Notes: generated from the sequence alone by a model not told the origin. A DNA stretch of 16,116 nucleotides from Candidatus Limnocylindrus sp. (GCA_040397175.1 JBBAWM010000009.1:1-16116); one strand, 5' to 3'. Shown: positions 7,787-14,414, numbered from the stretch's first letter. Made by a program: numbers and translations.

Positions 7787-8152
7787 ATGAGCGACCTAGA
7801 GACACCAACAGTAGCAGAGGCACGAATCGAGACCGACATGGAGCTCGAGGACTGGGACGACGCGAAGCACTACGCGACCGAGCTGGTCGAGAACTGGATG
7901 ACGGCACACGACGTCGACCCGAGCGACGAGATCCTCGTCAAGTACTCCGGAGCGACCTGGCAGAGACTGAGCGGCTCGGCTCCGGCCGTGGCCTCGTCGC
8001 TGCCGATGATCTTCAAGGTGAACGGCGACTACACCCTGACCGTCAAGTACGACTCGGCCGACCAGAGCCTCATCATCACGAGATACTCACACGACGAGCC
8101 GATGGGTGCGACTCACGTCATCGAGAAGCTCGACCTCTCCACCATCGAGTAA
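7787..8152 (+). CDS. Hypothetical acidic protein
   Basis: 121 aa after AAAGGAC RBS. Confidence 0.8.
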   Translation: MSDLETPTVAEARIETDMELEDWDDAKHYATELVENWMTAHDVDPSDEILVKYSGATWQRLSGSAPAVASSLPMIFKVNGDYTLTVKYDSADQSLIITRYSHDEPMGATHVIEKLDLSTIE

Positions 8153-8241
8153 GCCACCGCTGCGGCTGCCCGGTCGAGACTGACCGGGCGTGCCGGACGG
8201 CGAACCACCACCACCGACAACCAAACTACGAAGGGACACAC

Positions 8242-8445
8242 ATGAGCAGCAACGAGCACGAAGAGATCCGCCTGGACGTCGTCGAGGACTCCATCCTCAG
8301 GGTCGTCATCGACGACGTCAGCGACGGAGCTCGCACGGAGTTCAGGGCCTCGATCTACGACCGGGACCACGAGCTGATCGCCGAGGCCTGGGGTAAGACC
8401 CGGGCGGAAGCGGCAGCGGGAGCGACTGCGGACGTCTACAAGTAG
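8242..8445 (+). CDS. Hypothetical protein
   Basis: 67 aa after ACGAAGGGACAC RBS. Confidence 0.75.
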   Translation: MSSNEHEEIRLDVVEDSILRVVIDDVSDGARTEFRASIYDRDHELIAEAWGKTRAEAAAGATADVYK

Positions 8446-8454
8446 TCCAGGACC

Positions 8455-8526
8455 GTTGCGAAACCGTTGCCGAGAACTTTTTGGCAAACTGGCCGATCTG
8501 GCCAAACTGTGTAGTATAATTGAACT
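8455..8526 (+). promoter_or_regulatory. Repeated promoter P7
   Basis: GTTGC at 8455 and 8466. TATAAT at 8515-8520 (49-bp offset). ATG at 8527. Confidence 0.8.
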
Positions 8527-8550
8527 ATGGACATCAACGAAAGGATACAA

Positions 8551-8757
8551 ATGACCACCACCATCACCCGCTCTCCGGAGCTACTGGCACTACAGACCGA
8601 GCTCGACGAAACTCGCGAGCGCTGGTACCGAGACTCTGCCGGGCTGAAGCTCGGCAGCATCGAAGCTGCCCGAGTCAACGGCTACTACGCCGGCAAGACC
8701 TACGGCCTCGAGATCGCCATCGACCTCCTGGTCAAGCGAGAGGAGGCCGCGCGATGA
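8551..8757 (+). CDS. Hypothetical protein
   Basis: ATG 8551 after CGAAAGGATAC. An in-frame leaderless ATG at 8527 is an alternative start. Confidence 0.75.
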   Translation: MTTTITRSPELLALQTELDETRERWYRDSAGLKLGSIEAARVNGYYAGKTYGLEIAIDLLVKREEAAR

Positions 8758-8981
8758 GCCGGCACACGGTAGAGTCAAAAGAGTTTCGAATCGAGCTCCA
8801 CGGACGCACCATCTCCGGCACGCTGGCCTCGGACGACGAGGGCGGACTGGACGACCTGGTCGACACCCTGCTGGAGACCGGCGAGGTCGAGCGCATCGAG
8901 CTCCGAGACTCGGACTCGCACTACGTCTGGAGCGTCATTGAGCCGGGCGACAAAAACGACAACGAAGGGACCACCGAGTGA
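8754..8981 (+). CDS. Hypothetical acidic protein
   Basis: ATGA overlap with the previous stop, GAGGAGG SD, MSRHTVESKEFRIEL... Confidence 0.75.
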   Translation: MSRHTVESKEFRIELHGRTISGTLASDDEGGLDDLVDTLLETGEVERIELRDSDSHYVWSVIEPGDKNDNEGTTE

Positions 8982-9367
8982 CATACGAAGATCCAACCAC
9001 CACCAAGGTCCACGCCACCAGCACGGAGGCGACCTACCCGAACGCAGTCAACGGACCGTGGGAGACCCGGGTCGAGGAGTTCGAGTGGGAGGCCAGTGCG
9101 GGCAGGGGGACGCGATACCGCGTCCGGGCCCACAACGGCGGCTACCCGTCGCAGCTCGGCATGATCGTCGAGACGCTCGAGGAGGCCCTGGACCAGCTGG
9201 TCGAGCAGGAGCGGCGAGTCCGCGAGTCCGGCGTCAGCGCCGAGACCCCGCGCCTCGGACGTTGTAGCTGCGGCACGGAGGTGCCGACCGAGCGACTGAT
9301 GCGCTGGTCGCAGCGACCGTTCTCCAAGTTTGAAGACAACTACGACGGCTGCCGGGGCTGGGACTGA
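8978..9367 (+). CDS. Hypothetical protein
   Basis: GTGA overlap, ACGAAGGGAC RBS, 129 aa, C-terminal CSC...YDGCRGWD. Confidence 0.75.
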   Translation: MTYEDPTTTKVHATSTEATYPNAVNGPWETRVEEFEWEASAGRGTRYRVRAHNGGYPSQLGMIVETLEEALDQLVEQERRVRESGVSAETPRLGRCSCGTEVPTERLMRWSQRPFSKFEDNYDGCRGWD

Positions 9368-9651
9368 TGCGGCTTCGCGTCGCCCTCGGGTCCGTCATCC
9401 GAGAGGTGAGACTGGCGAGAGGCCTGACGCTCCGAGACGTGAGCGTGCGCGGAACGGTCGCGCTCGGCTACGTCAGCGAGCTCGAGCGGGGACAGAAGGA
9501 GGCGAGCTCGGAGATACTCGAGCAGATCGCCCGGGCCCTGGACGTGCCGGTCAGCGACCTGGTCGTCGAGGCCGGTCGCCGGATGGCCGAGTATGACCTC
9601 GGACTCTGGTACGACCTTGACCTGGACGAGCTGCTGCTCGCGCACAAGTAA
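9367..9651 (+). CDS. clgR: ClgR-like XRE-family helix-turn-helix regulator
   Basis: LGSVIREVRLARGLTLRDVS...VALGYVSELERGQKEASSEIL..IARALDV closely follows the actinobacterial ClgR signature (TLREVS...VSLGYLSEVERGQKEASSELL). Confidence 0.8.
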   Translation: MRLRVALGSVIREVRLARGLTLRDVSVRGTVALGYVSELERGQKEASSEILEQIARALDVPVSDLVVEAGRRMAEYDLGLWYDLDLDELLLAHK

Positions 9652-9657
9652 ATAGAC

Positions 9658-9772
9658 TCGCGACGCCCTTCCCCCTTTGGCGCGTCGCGACCGGGCCGGA
9701 GACTTCCCCTTTTGTCCGGCCCCTGAGCCCCCGGTAGTTACTGTCCTTTCGACCGGGGGCTCACCCCTCTCC
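9658..9772 (+). ncRNA. Candidate small RNA or 3'-UTR: three tandem hairpins with anti-SD loops
   Basis: Perfect stems at 9658-9690 (9 bp), 9693-9722 (8 bp) and 9724-9763 (12 bp). Loops ccttccccctttggc, gacttccccttttg and agttactgtcctttcg. Strand inferred from the upstream operon. Confidence 0.55.
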
Positions 9773-9792
9773 CGGCAAACTCCCGGGCAAAC

Positions 9793-9863
9793 GTTGCGAT
9801 GCTGTTGCCAAGAACTTTTGCGTTTTGGCATGATTTGGGCAGATCATGCGCTATAATTGAACT
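9793..9863 (+). promoter_or_regulatory. Repeated promoter P8
   Basis: GTTGC at 9793 and 9804. TATAAT at 9852-9857. ATG at 9864. Confidence 0.85.
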
Positions 9864-9934
9864 ATGAGCAAATGAATGAGTTTGCTCAGACGGCCAGGCG
9901 GCTCCCTGGACAATGACAAAAGGACAACACAAAC

Positions 9935-10180
9935 ATGAGCGCAAGCAAGTGGGTTCTACTGAACACCAGCGACGGATCACGTGGCGAAAACGGCAAGCAG
10001 AAGGTATACGAGGTGCTGGTCACCGGCACCACCGTCACCTTCACCTGGGGCATGGCTGAGAAGACCAGCCGCCAGAGCAAGACCCAGACCACCTGGTCAG
10101 AGGGCTCGGCTCGACAGGTCGCCCTCGATCAGGTCTACGCCAAGATGGCCAAGGGATACCGCCTGGCCTACTCGGCCTAG
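9935..10180 (+). CDS. WGR-like domain protein (paralog 1)
   Basis: KVYEVLVTGTTVTFTWGM...AKMAKGY fits the WGR fold pattern (K.Y.I......V...WGR...K..KGY). Confidence 0.75.
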   Translation: MSASKWVLLNTSDGSRGENGKQKVYEVLVTGTTVTFTWGMAEKTSRQSKTQTTWSEGSARQVALDQVYAKMAKGYRLAYSA

Positions 10181-10188
10181 CCACCCCG

Positions 10189-10220
10189 GCTGCGGGGCCC
10201 TGGAGACAGGGCCCTGCGGC
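10189..10220 (+). terminator. GAGA-loop hairpin (terminator or stability element)
   Basis: gctgcggggccctg-GAGA-cagggccctgcggc. No U tract. Confidence 0.45.
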
Positions 10221-10263
10221 AACACCCCACCCACCCACCCACCCACTACAGAAGGACACAACG

Positions 10264-10497
10264 ATGGCCACCATCATCACCACCACCACCCCGAAGCCAG
10301 TCCGCTGGTTCAACAAGATGACCGTCTCCTCGGAGGAGCTCGGCCGCACAGTGAACGTCACGTTCTACACGGACGACGAGGGCGTCGACGCCGACACCAT
10401 CGACACCGACAACGGCTACGTCCCCGACGATGTGTACGACCTCCTGGTCCACCTGGTCGTCGACCAGCACACCGGCGAGCTCAGCAAGAAGGAGTAG
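10264..10497 (+). CDS. Hypothetical acidic protein
   Basis: 77 aa after GAAGGACAC RBS. Confidence 0.78.
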   Translation: MATIITTTTPKPVRWFNKMTVSSEELGRTVNVTFYTDDEGVDADTIDTDNGYVPDDVYDLLVHLVVDQHTGELSKKE

Positions 10498-10510
10498 TCC
10501 GGCGAGGAAC

Positions 10511-10538
10511 GCCCCGGTCGAGAGGCCGGGGCTTCTTC
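10511..10538 (+). terminator. Intrinsic terminator (GAGA tetraloop)
   Basis: gccccggtc-GAGA-ggccggggc then ttcttc. Nearly identical to 7050-7078. Confidence 0.7.
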
Positions 10539-10563
10539 ACGCCCGGCAGCCCGGTCTCCGTGA

Positions 10564-10662
10564 AGCGGCTGCGGCCAGGAGCAGGGCACGGACGGCGACT
10601 ACAACCACTGCGACACCTGCCAGAGCTACAAGTACTTCGGCTGGATTGACGACGAAGAGTAG
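10564..10662 (+). pseudogene. Start-less 3' remnant of a zinc-ribbon gene
   Basis: Frame reads SGCGQEQGTDGDYNHCDTCQSYKYFGWIDDEE* with gene-like codons. It is preceded by TGA and has no start or RBS. Confidence 0.5.
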
Positions 10663-10671
10663 CCGGCAACC

Positions 10672-10731
10672 GTTGCAGAGCTGTTGCTCAAACATGGGCA
10701 AAACTCCCAGATCATGCGCTATAATTGAAGT
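10672..10731 (+). promoter_or_regulatory. Repeated promoter P9
   Basis: GTTGC at 10672 and 10683. TATAAT at 10720-10725. ATG at 10732. Confidence 0.8.
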
Positions 10732-10923
10732 ATGACAACAACCATCGAGTGCAAGGACTGCAAGAAGTCGATCACCAGGGTCTGCCGTCGCTGCAAGGAG
10801 GACGCTGAGTTCTACGAGGACTGCTGGGAGTGCGGCAAGAAGACCCTCAAGGAGAACCTGAGCGTCTGCGACAACTGCCCGGCGTGCGAGGACGATCACG
10901 ACTGCAACGAGTACGACCGCTAG
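10732..10923 (+). CDS. Cysteine-rich double zinc-ribbon-like protein (leaderless)
   Basis: 63 aa with 10 Cys, including four CxxC pairs. Confidence 0.75.
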   Translation: MTTTIECKDCKKSITRVCRRCKEDAEFYEDCWECGKKTLKENLSVCDNCPACEDDHDCNEYDR

Positions 10924-10942
10924 TAAACCAGGCGACGAAACT

Positions 10943-11002
10943 GTTGCAAAGAGTATGCGGCAAATGACGCAAAGCGTCAATGCCACGTGCTATAATTGAA
11001 TA
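10943..11002 (+). promoter_or_regulatory. Repeated promoter P10
   Basis: GTTGC at 10943. TGcTATAAT at 10991-10996. Confidence 0.8.
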
Positions 11003-11056
11003 GTAGCAAGCGCCCGGTCGACCGGTCGGGCGGACACCACGACAAAAGGACACACC

Positions 11057-11383
11057 ATCAAAACATTCAAAAACATCAGCAGAGAAGCGGCAGAAGTAGA
11101 CGGCGGCACCGGACTCGAGGGATACATCACCTCGACCAGGCGCGAACTCGAAACCGCGTTCGGAGCACCGGACGAGACCGGCACCATCGACAACAAGGTC
11201 ACGACCGAGTGGACCCTGAGGTTCAACGACGGAACCATCGCGACCATCTACGACTGGAAGCGATACGAGTACGACCTCGGAGCTCCGGAGCTCGACGAAG
11301 TCTACCAGTGGCACATCGGCGGACAGAGCAAGCAGGCAGTCTACGCCGTCTCGGCAGCGGTCGCCAGAGCAGCGATCGCGTAG
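11057..11383 (+). CDS. Phage hypothetical protein with ATC start codon (108 aa, not in ORF track)
   Basis: ACGACAAAAGGACACACC-ATC. Frame reads ...GTGLEGYITSTRRELETAFGAP...KVTTEWTLRFNDGTIATIYDWKRY...YQWHIGG..., resembling a widespread phage family (ATIYDWK...WHIGG). No ATG/GTG/TTG anywhere in the frame. Confidence 0.8.
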   Translation: MKTFKNISREAAEVDGGTGLEGYITSTRRELETAFGAPDETGTIDNKVTTEWTLRFNDGTIATIYDWKRYEYDLGAPELDEVYQWHIGGQSKQAVYAVSAAVARAAIA

Positions 11384-11398
11384 TCGAGCGGACCAGAG

Positions 11399-11428
11399 AC
11401 CCGGGCGGGAGACCGCCCGGGTTCTCTC
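11399..11428 (+). terminator. Intrinsic terminator (GAGA tetraloop)
   Basis: acccgggcgg-GAGA-ccgcccgggt then tctctc. Confidence 0.7.
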
Positions 11429-11520
11429 ATGCCCCGGGACTGCACGGAGCGGCGACCATCACTCGAGGGCTGAGAGTGCCGGGCGCTGCGCCCGGAGCGC
11501 CCTCGCGACGAGTCCAAATC

Positions 11521-11580
11521 GTTGCAAACTAATTTCGCAAACCAGGCTGATCTGGACCGTCAACGCGCTATAATTGAAGT
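11521..11580 (+). promoter_or_regulatory. Repeated promoter P11
   Basis: GTTGC at 11521. TATAAT at 11569-11574. ATG at 11581. Confidence 0.8.
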
Positions 11581-11826
11581 ATGACAACTATCACAAAGAC
11601 ACCCGCAGAAATCGTTCGCGCCGAGTACGGAGCCATCGTCGGAAAGCGCGTCCTAGACGTGCGGCCCCTGACCGCTGCCGAGCTCAGCGACCTCGCCTGG
11701 GACGACAGTTCCGGCACCATCCCGCTCGTCATCTTCTTCGAGGACGGCAAGGCCCTCATCCCGAGCATGGACCCGGAGGGCAACGGACCGGGACACCTGT
11801 TCATCGACGACTGGAAGCGCGCTTGA
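11581..11826 (+). CDS. Hypothetical protein (leaderless)
   Basis: 81 aa with C-terminal PSMDPEGNGPGHLF motif and gene-like codons. Confidence 0.8.
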   Translation: MTTITKTPAEIVRAEYGAIVGKRVLDVRPLTAAELSDLAWDDSSGTIPLVIFFEDGKALIPSMDPEGNGPGHLFIDDWKRA

Positions 11827-12257
11827 GCGCCCTGTCGCTGCGGCAGCGTCTCGAGGCCCTCGAGTTCGTCTGCGCCACGGGCGACCTGACCTTCCAGGTC
11901 CTCTACGACACTCTGTTCGTGGGCAACTCCGCCTGCGTCCAGGCCGACTCCTGGATGCAGACCCTCAAGGCAAACCCGCTGGCCTGGGGAGTCTTCCCCG
12001 CGAACGCCTGGATCTACATGACCGACGGCTGGGGCCAGAACCTGCTGATGCGCTACGCCGACGACGGGACCTGGCACTGGCACGACTCGGGCGCTCGCAC
12101 GGAGGACGGCCGCGTGCCGGAGTGCGACGACGACGGCGCCGACATCCACGAGGCGCTCAAGGACCTGCTGTCCGACGAGCCGACGTTCCTGCCCTCCGGC
12201 GGCTTCATCGACCCGGAGTTGCTGGGCAAGATCGCGCCCGAGCCGGAGGAGGACTGA
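11823..12257 (+). CDS. Hypothetical protein
   Basis: Probable TTG start overlapping the previous stop (TTGA). The C-terminal 144 aa of the 11574 ORF is the gene-like part. Confidence 0.7.
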   Translation: MSALSLRQRLEALEFVCATGDLTFQVLYDTLFVGNSACVQADSWMQTLKANPLAWGVFPANAWIYMTDGWGQNLLMRYADDGTWHWHDSGARTEDGRVPECDDDGADIHEALKDLLSDEPTFLPSGGFIDPELLGKIAPEPEED

Positions 12258-12523
12258 TGCAGACCTACGCAAACGGGAAGGTGATGGTCCGCTTCGGCGG
12301 CACGCCGAAGAAGGTCCACTGCACGTACGGCAGTTGGGCGCTCTGCTCCCCGGCAGACGTGCCGCTGAAGCAGCGAGTGGCCGTGACGAGTTCGAAGGCC
12401 AACGCCTGGGTCGAGGACGGCGAGACGCCGGAGTCGGTCGCCCGGCGACTGGCCGGAGAACTTGCGGACCGAGGGCTCGCCTCCGTGCTGTGCCCCAAGT
12501 GCCGAGCGGTCTACGAGTGGTAA
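12257..12523 (+). CDS. Hypothetical protein (possible Zn binding)
   Basis: TGATG overlap, GGAGGAGG SD, MQTYANGKVMV...HCTY...LC...CPKC. Confidence 0.75.
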   Translation: MQTYANGKVMVRFGGTPKKVHCTYGSWALCSPADVPLKQRVAVTSSKANAWVEDGETPESVARRLAGELADRGLASVLCPKCRAVYEW

Positions 12524-12561
12524 GAGAGAACCCCCTGGCTTCTGCCAGGGGGTCTCTTCTT
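12524..12561. terminator. Bidirectional terminator between convergent genes
   Basis: accccctggc-ttct-gccagggggt flanked by gagaga and ctcttctt. Confidence 0.7.
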
Positions 12562-12570
12562 GTCCTGCGG

Positions 12571-12834
12571 CTACTCGACCGGGATGACGATCGGGAAGCC
12601 CTCCCAGGCGACGTCGTGTTCCTTGTCGTCGTCGACCGGGTATCCCTCGAAGTCATCTCCGATGAGGTCCGGGTCTGCGTCCACCTCGATGGCGACCTTG
12701 TCCGGGTCCTTCAGTTTCGACTCCCAGCCGCCAATCAACTTGAGCGTCTTCGGCTCGCCGTCGATGGTGACCTCCCAGTAGACGTCGTACTTGTGCAGTG
12801 CTTTGGCCTTGGCCTGTCCTTTTATAGTTGTCAT
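12571..12834 (-). CDS. Hypothetical acidic protein (leaderless; only minus-strand gene)
   Basis: 87 aa. ATG lies 6 nt after the minus-strand TATAAT. Confidence 0.8.
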   Translation of the reverse strand: MTTIKGQAKAKALHKYDVYWEVTIDGEPKTLKLIGGWESKLKDPDKVAIEVDADPDLIGDDFEGYPVDDDKEHDVAWEGFPIVIPVE

Positions 12835-12894
12835 GTTTCAATTATAGCACATGATTCGCCACCAGGGCCCCAGTTTGGCAACTTTGATTGCAAC
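12835..12894 (-). promoter_or_regulatory. Repeated promoter P12 (divergent)
   Basis: Minus-strand GTTGC begins at 12894. TGcTATAAT at 12846-12841 (48-bp offset). Confidence 0.8.
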
Positions 12895-12900
12895 AAAGTT

Positions 12901-12960
12901 GTTGCAATGAATTATGCGCAAATGGGCTGAAAACGTCAATACTAGCGCTATAATTATTAC
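12901..12960 (+). promoter_or_regulatory. Repeated promoter P13
   Basis: GTTGC at 12901. TATAAT at 12949-12954. Confidence 0.8.
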
Positions 12961-13017
12961 ATAGCAACAAAAGCCTGGCCGACCGGTCAGGTGCCGGAAC
13001 GACAAAAGGACAGACAC

Positions 13018-13263
13018 ATGAACGAGCAGTACTTCGCACTTCTAAAGACCTCAGACGGCAACCGCGGCGAGGCAGGCAAGCAGAAGATCTACGAGATCCG
13101 AGTCCAGGGCCGCAAGGTCGTCTACTCGTGGGGAATGGCTGAAAAGACCGCCCGCCAGTCGAAGACCGTCTTCTTCGTCAACGACAACGTGGCGCAGTTC
13201 GAGGCCCTGAACCAACTTCGCAGCAAGGTCGTGGGCGGCTACCGAGTAGCCGTCCGCGCCTAG
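13018..13263 (+). CDS. WGR-like domain protein (paralog 2)
   Basis: 81 aa after ACGACAAAAGGAC. 41/81 identical to 9935-10180 by manual ungapped alignment. Confidence 0.8.
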   Translation: MNEQYFALLKTSDGNRGEAGKQKIYEIRVQGRKVVYSWGMAEKTARQSKTVFFVNDNVAQFEALNQLRSKVVGGYRVAVRA

Positions 13264-13282
13264 TCGCGACCGACCGGGACGA

Positions 13283-13312
13283 ACCGGGAGCGGACTCGCT
13301 CCCGGTCTTCTC
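13283..13312 (+). terminator. Intrinsic terminator
   Basis: accgggagcg-gact-cgctcccggt then cttctc. Confidence 0.65.
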
Positions 13313-13343
13313 GCGTCGAAGTGAGCCGCCACGTCTCCCGGGC

Positions 13344-13478
13344 GCGCTACAATTTTCAGGTGCCACTCAACCGGGTGGCACTTTCACGCGGAGCCGCCTC
13401 GTGCGGCTTCAGGGAGGGATTGCAAAAGAGCAACGACCGAGTGCTAACTCGTAAAACCAGGAAAGGTAGGTCGCCAGA
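13344..13478 (+). promoter_or_regulatory. gcgcTACAAT promoter plus structured 5' leader of the NlpC/P60 gene
   Basis: TACAAT at 13348-13353 with no GTTGC box. Hairpins at 13360-13381, 13390-13410 and 13438-13451. SD AGGAAAGG. Confidence 0.5.
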
Positions 13479-14141
13479 ATGAAACAACTCCTAACAGCAC
13501 TGCTCGTGTGTGTGACCATGAGCGGACCCGTCGGACCGGCAGTAGCCGAGGACCCACAAGCGCACAGCGCGCTAGTGAAGACCTCGACCGCGAGCCTCGG
13601 AACGACACGCAACACAGGCGGCACCCTCGGCACGCTGATCCAGCCGTCGACGTCGAACCTGACGTTCATGGCCCAGCAGGCGCAGAGGACCCAGCGACTT
13701 CGTGCCAACGCAGTCGCGATGGACAGGGCCATCAAGAAGTTGAGGAAGTACGTGGGTAAAACCTGGTACGTCTTCAGCGGCTCGACCCCGTCCGGCTGGG
13801 ACTGCTCCGGACTCGTGCGCTGGACCTACGAACAGGTCGGCGTCGAACTGGAGCACTCGGCCACAAAGCAGGCGCACGCCGGTCGGATCGTGAAGCACCC
13901 GCTTCCCGGAGACCTAGTCGCCTACCAGCACGGCAAGGGCTACTGGTACTACCACGTCGGGATCTACGTCGGCAACGGCATGACGATCCAGTCGCTGCGC
14001 GGCAACACGCGCACGATGCTGGTAGCGGCAAACAGCCCGGTGGTCGGCTTCGACAAGCCGGTCTACATCCGGATACTGGAGCGCGACGACTCGACCCCGG
14101 CCTCCCGGGCGAAGGCGGCCGCCACCCTGCCCGCGAACTAG
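13479..14141 (+). CDS. Secreted NlpC/P60 (C40) peptidoglycan endopeptidase
   Basis: Signal-peptide-like N-terminus, YVFSG..PSGWDCSGLV, PGDLV, HVGIYVGNG. Confidence 0.9.
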   Translation: MKQLLTALLVCVTMSGPVGPAVAEDPQAHSALVKTSTASLGTTRNTGGTLGTLIQPSTSNLTFMAQQAQRTQRLRANAVAMDRAIKKLRKYVGKTWYVFSGSTPSGWDCSGLVRWTYEQVGVELEHSATKQAHAGRIVKHPLPGDLVAYQHGKGYWYYHVGIYVGNGMTIQSLRGNTRTMLVAANSPVVGFDKPVYIRILERDDSTPASRAKAAATLPAN

Positions 14142-14222
14142 CGGCACCCCGAACCGGTGCGGCGACTGCGCGGAGAGACGCAGTCGCCCACCGGAACGGC
14201 AACCAACTACGAAGGACACCAG

Positions 14223-14414
14223 ATGCGCGTAAAGCCACTCGCCCTCGTCCAGCTCGCCCTGTCCGGCGTCTCGACCTGGGTCTGGGTCAACCTGGCCGGC
14301 CGCCTCCCCGAGACCGAGGCCGCCGGACTGGACCCGATGCCGGGACTCTGGTTCGTCGGGAACACCACCCTGCTCCTGATCTTCGGCGCGCTCGTCGCGC
14401 AGTGGCAGGACTAG
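14223..14414 (+). CDS. Small membrane protein
   Basis: ATG 14223 after ACGAAGGACAC. 63 aa with two hydrophobic segments. Confidence 0.7.
   Translation: MRVKPLALVQLALSGVSTWVWVNLAGRLPETEAAGLDPMPGLWFVGNTTLLLIFGALVAQWQD

Noticed and set aside
9367-9651. ClgR-like protein as the proven binder of the GTTGC boxes
   Set aside because: Known ClgR sites are palindromic CGC-N5-GCG, unlike these 11-bp direct repeats. The link cannot be supported from sequence.
11568-12656. Long minus-strand and alternate-frame ORFs in the track (e.g. 11568-12656, 4578-5345, 5542-5979, 10996-11532, 9981-10649)
   Set aside because: Arg/Pro/Ser-rich shadow frames of GC-rich genes with no RBS or promoter. They overlap better-supported ORFs.
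13344-13478. c-di-AMP (ydaO) riboswitch
   Set aside because: Only GCTAACTCGTA resembles the 3' consensus. The GAAUCC, GGGGAACC and GGGGUGAA elements are not visible, so it is kept only as an unclassified leader.
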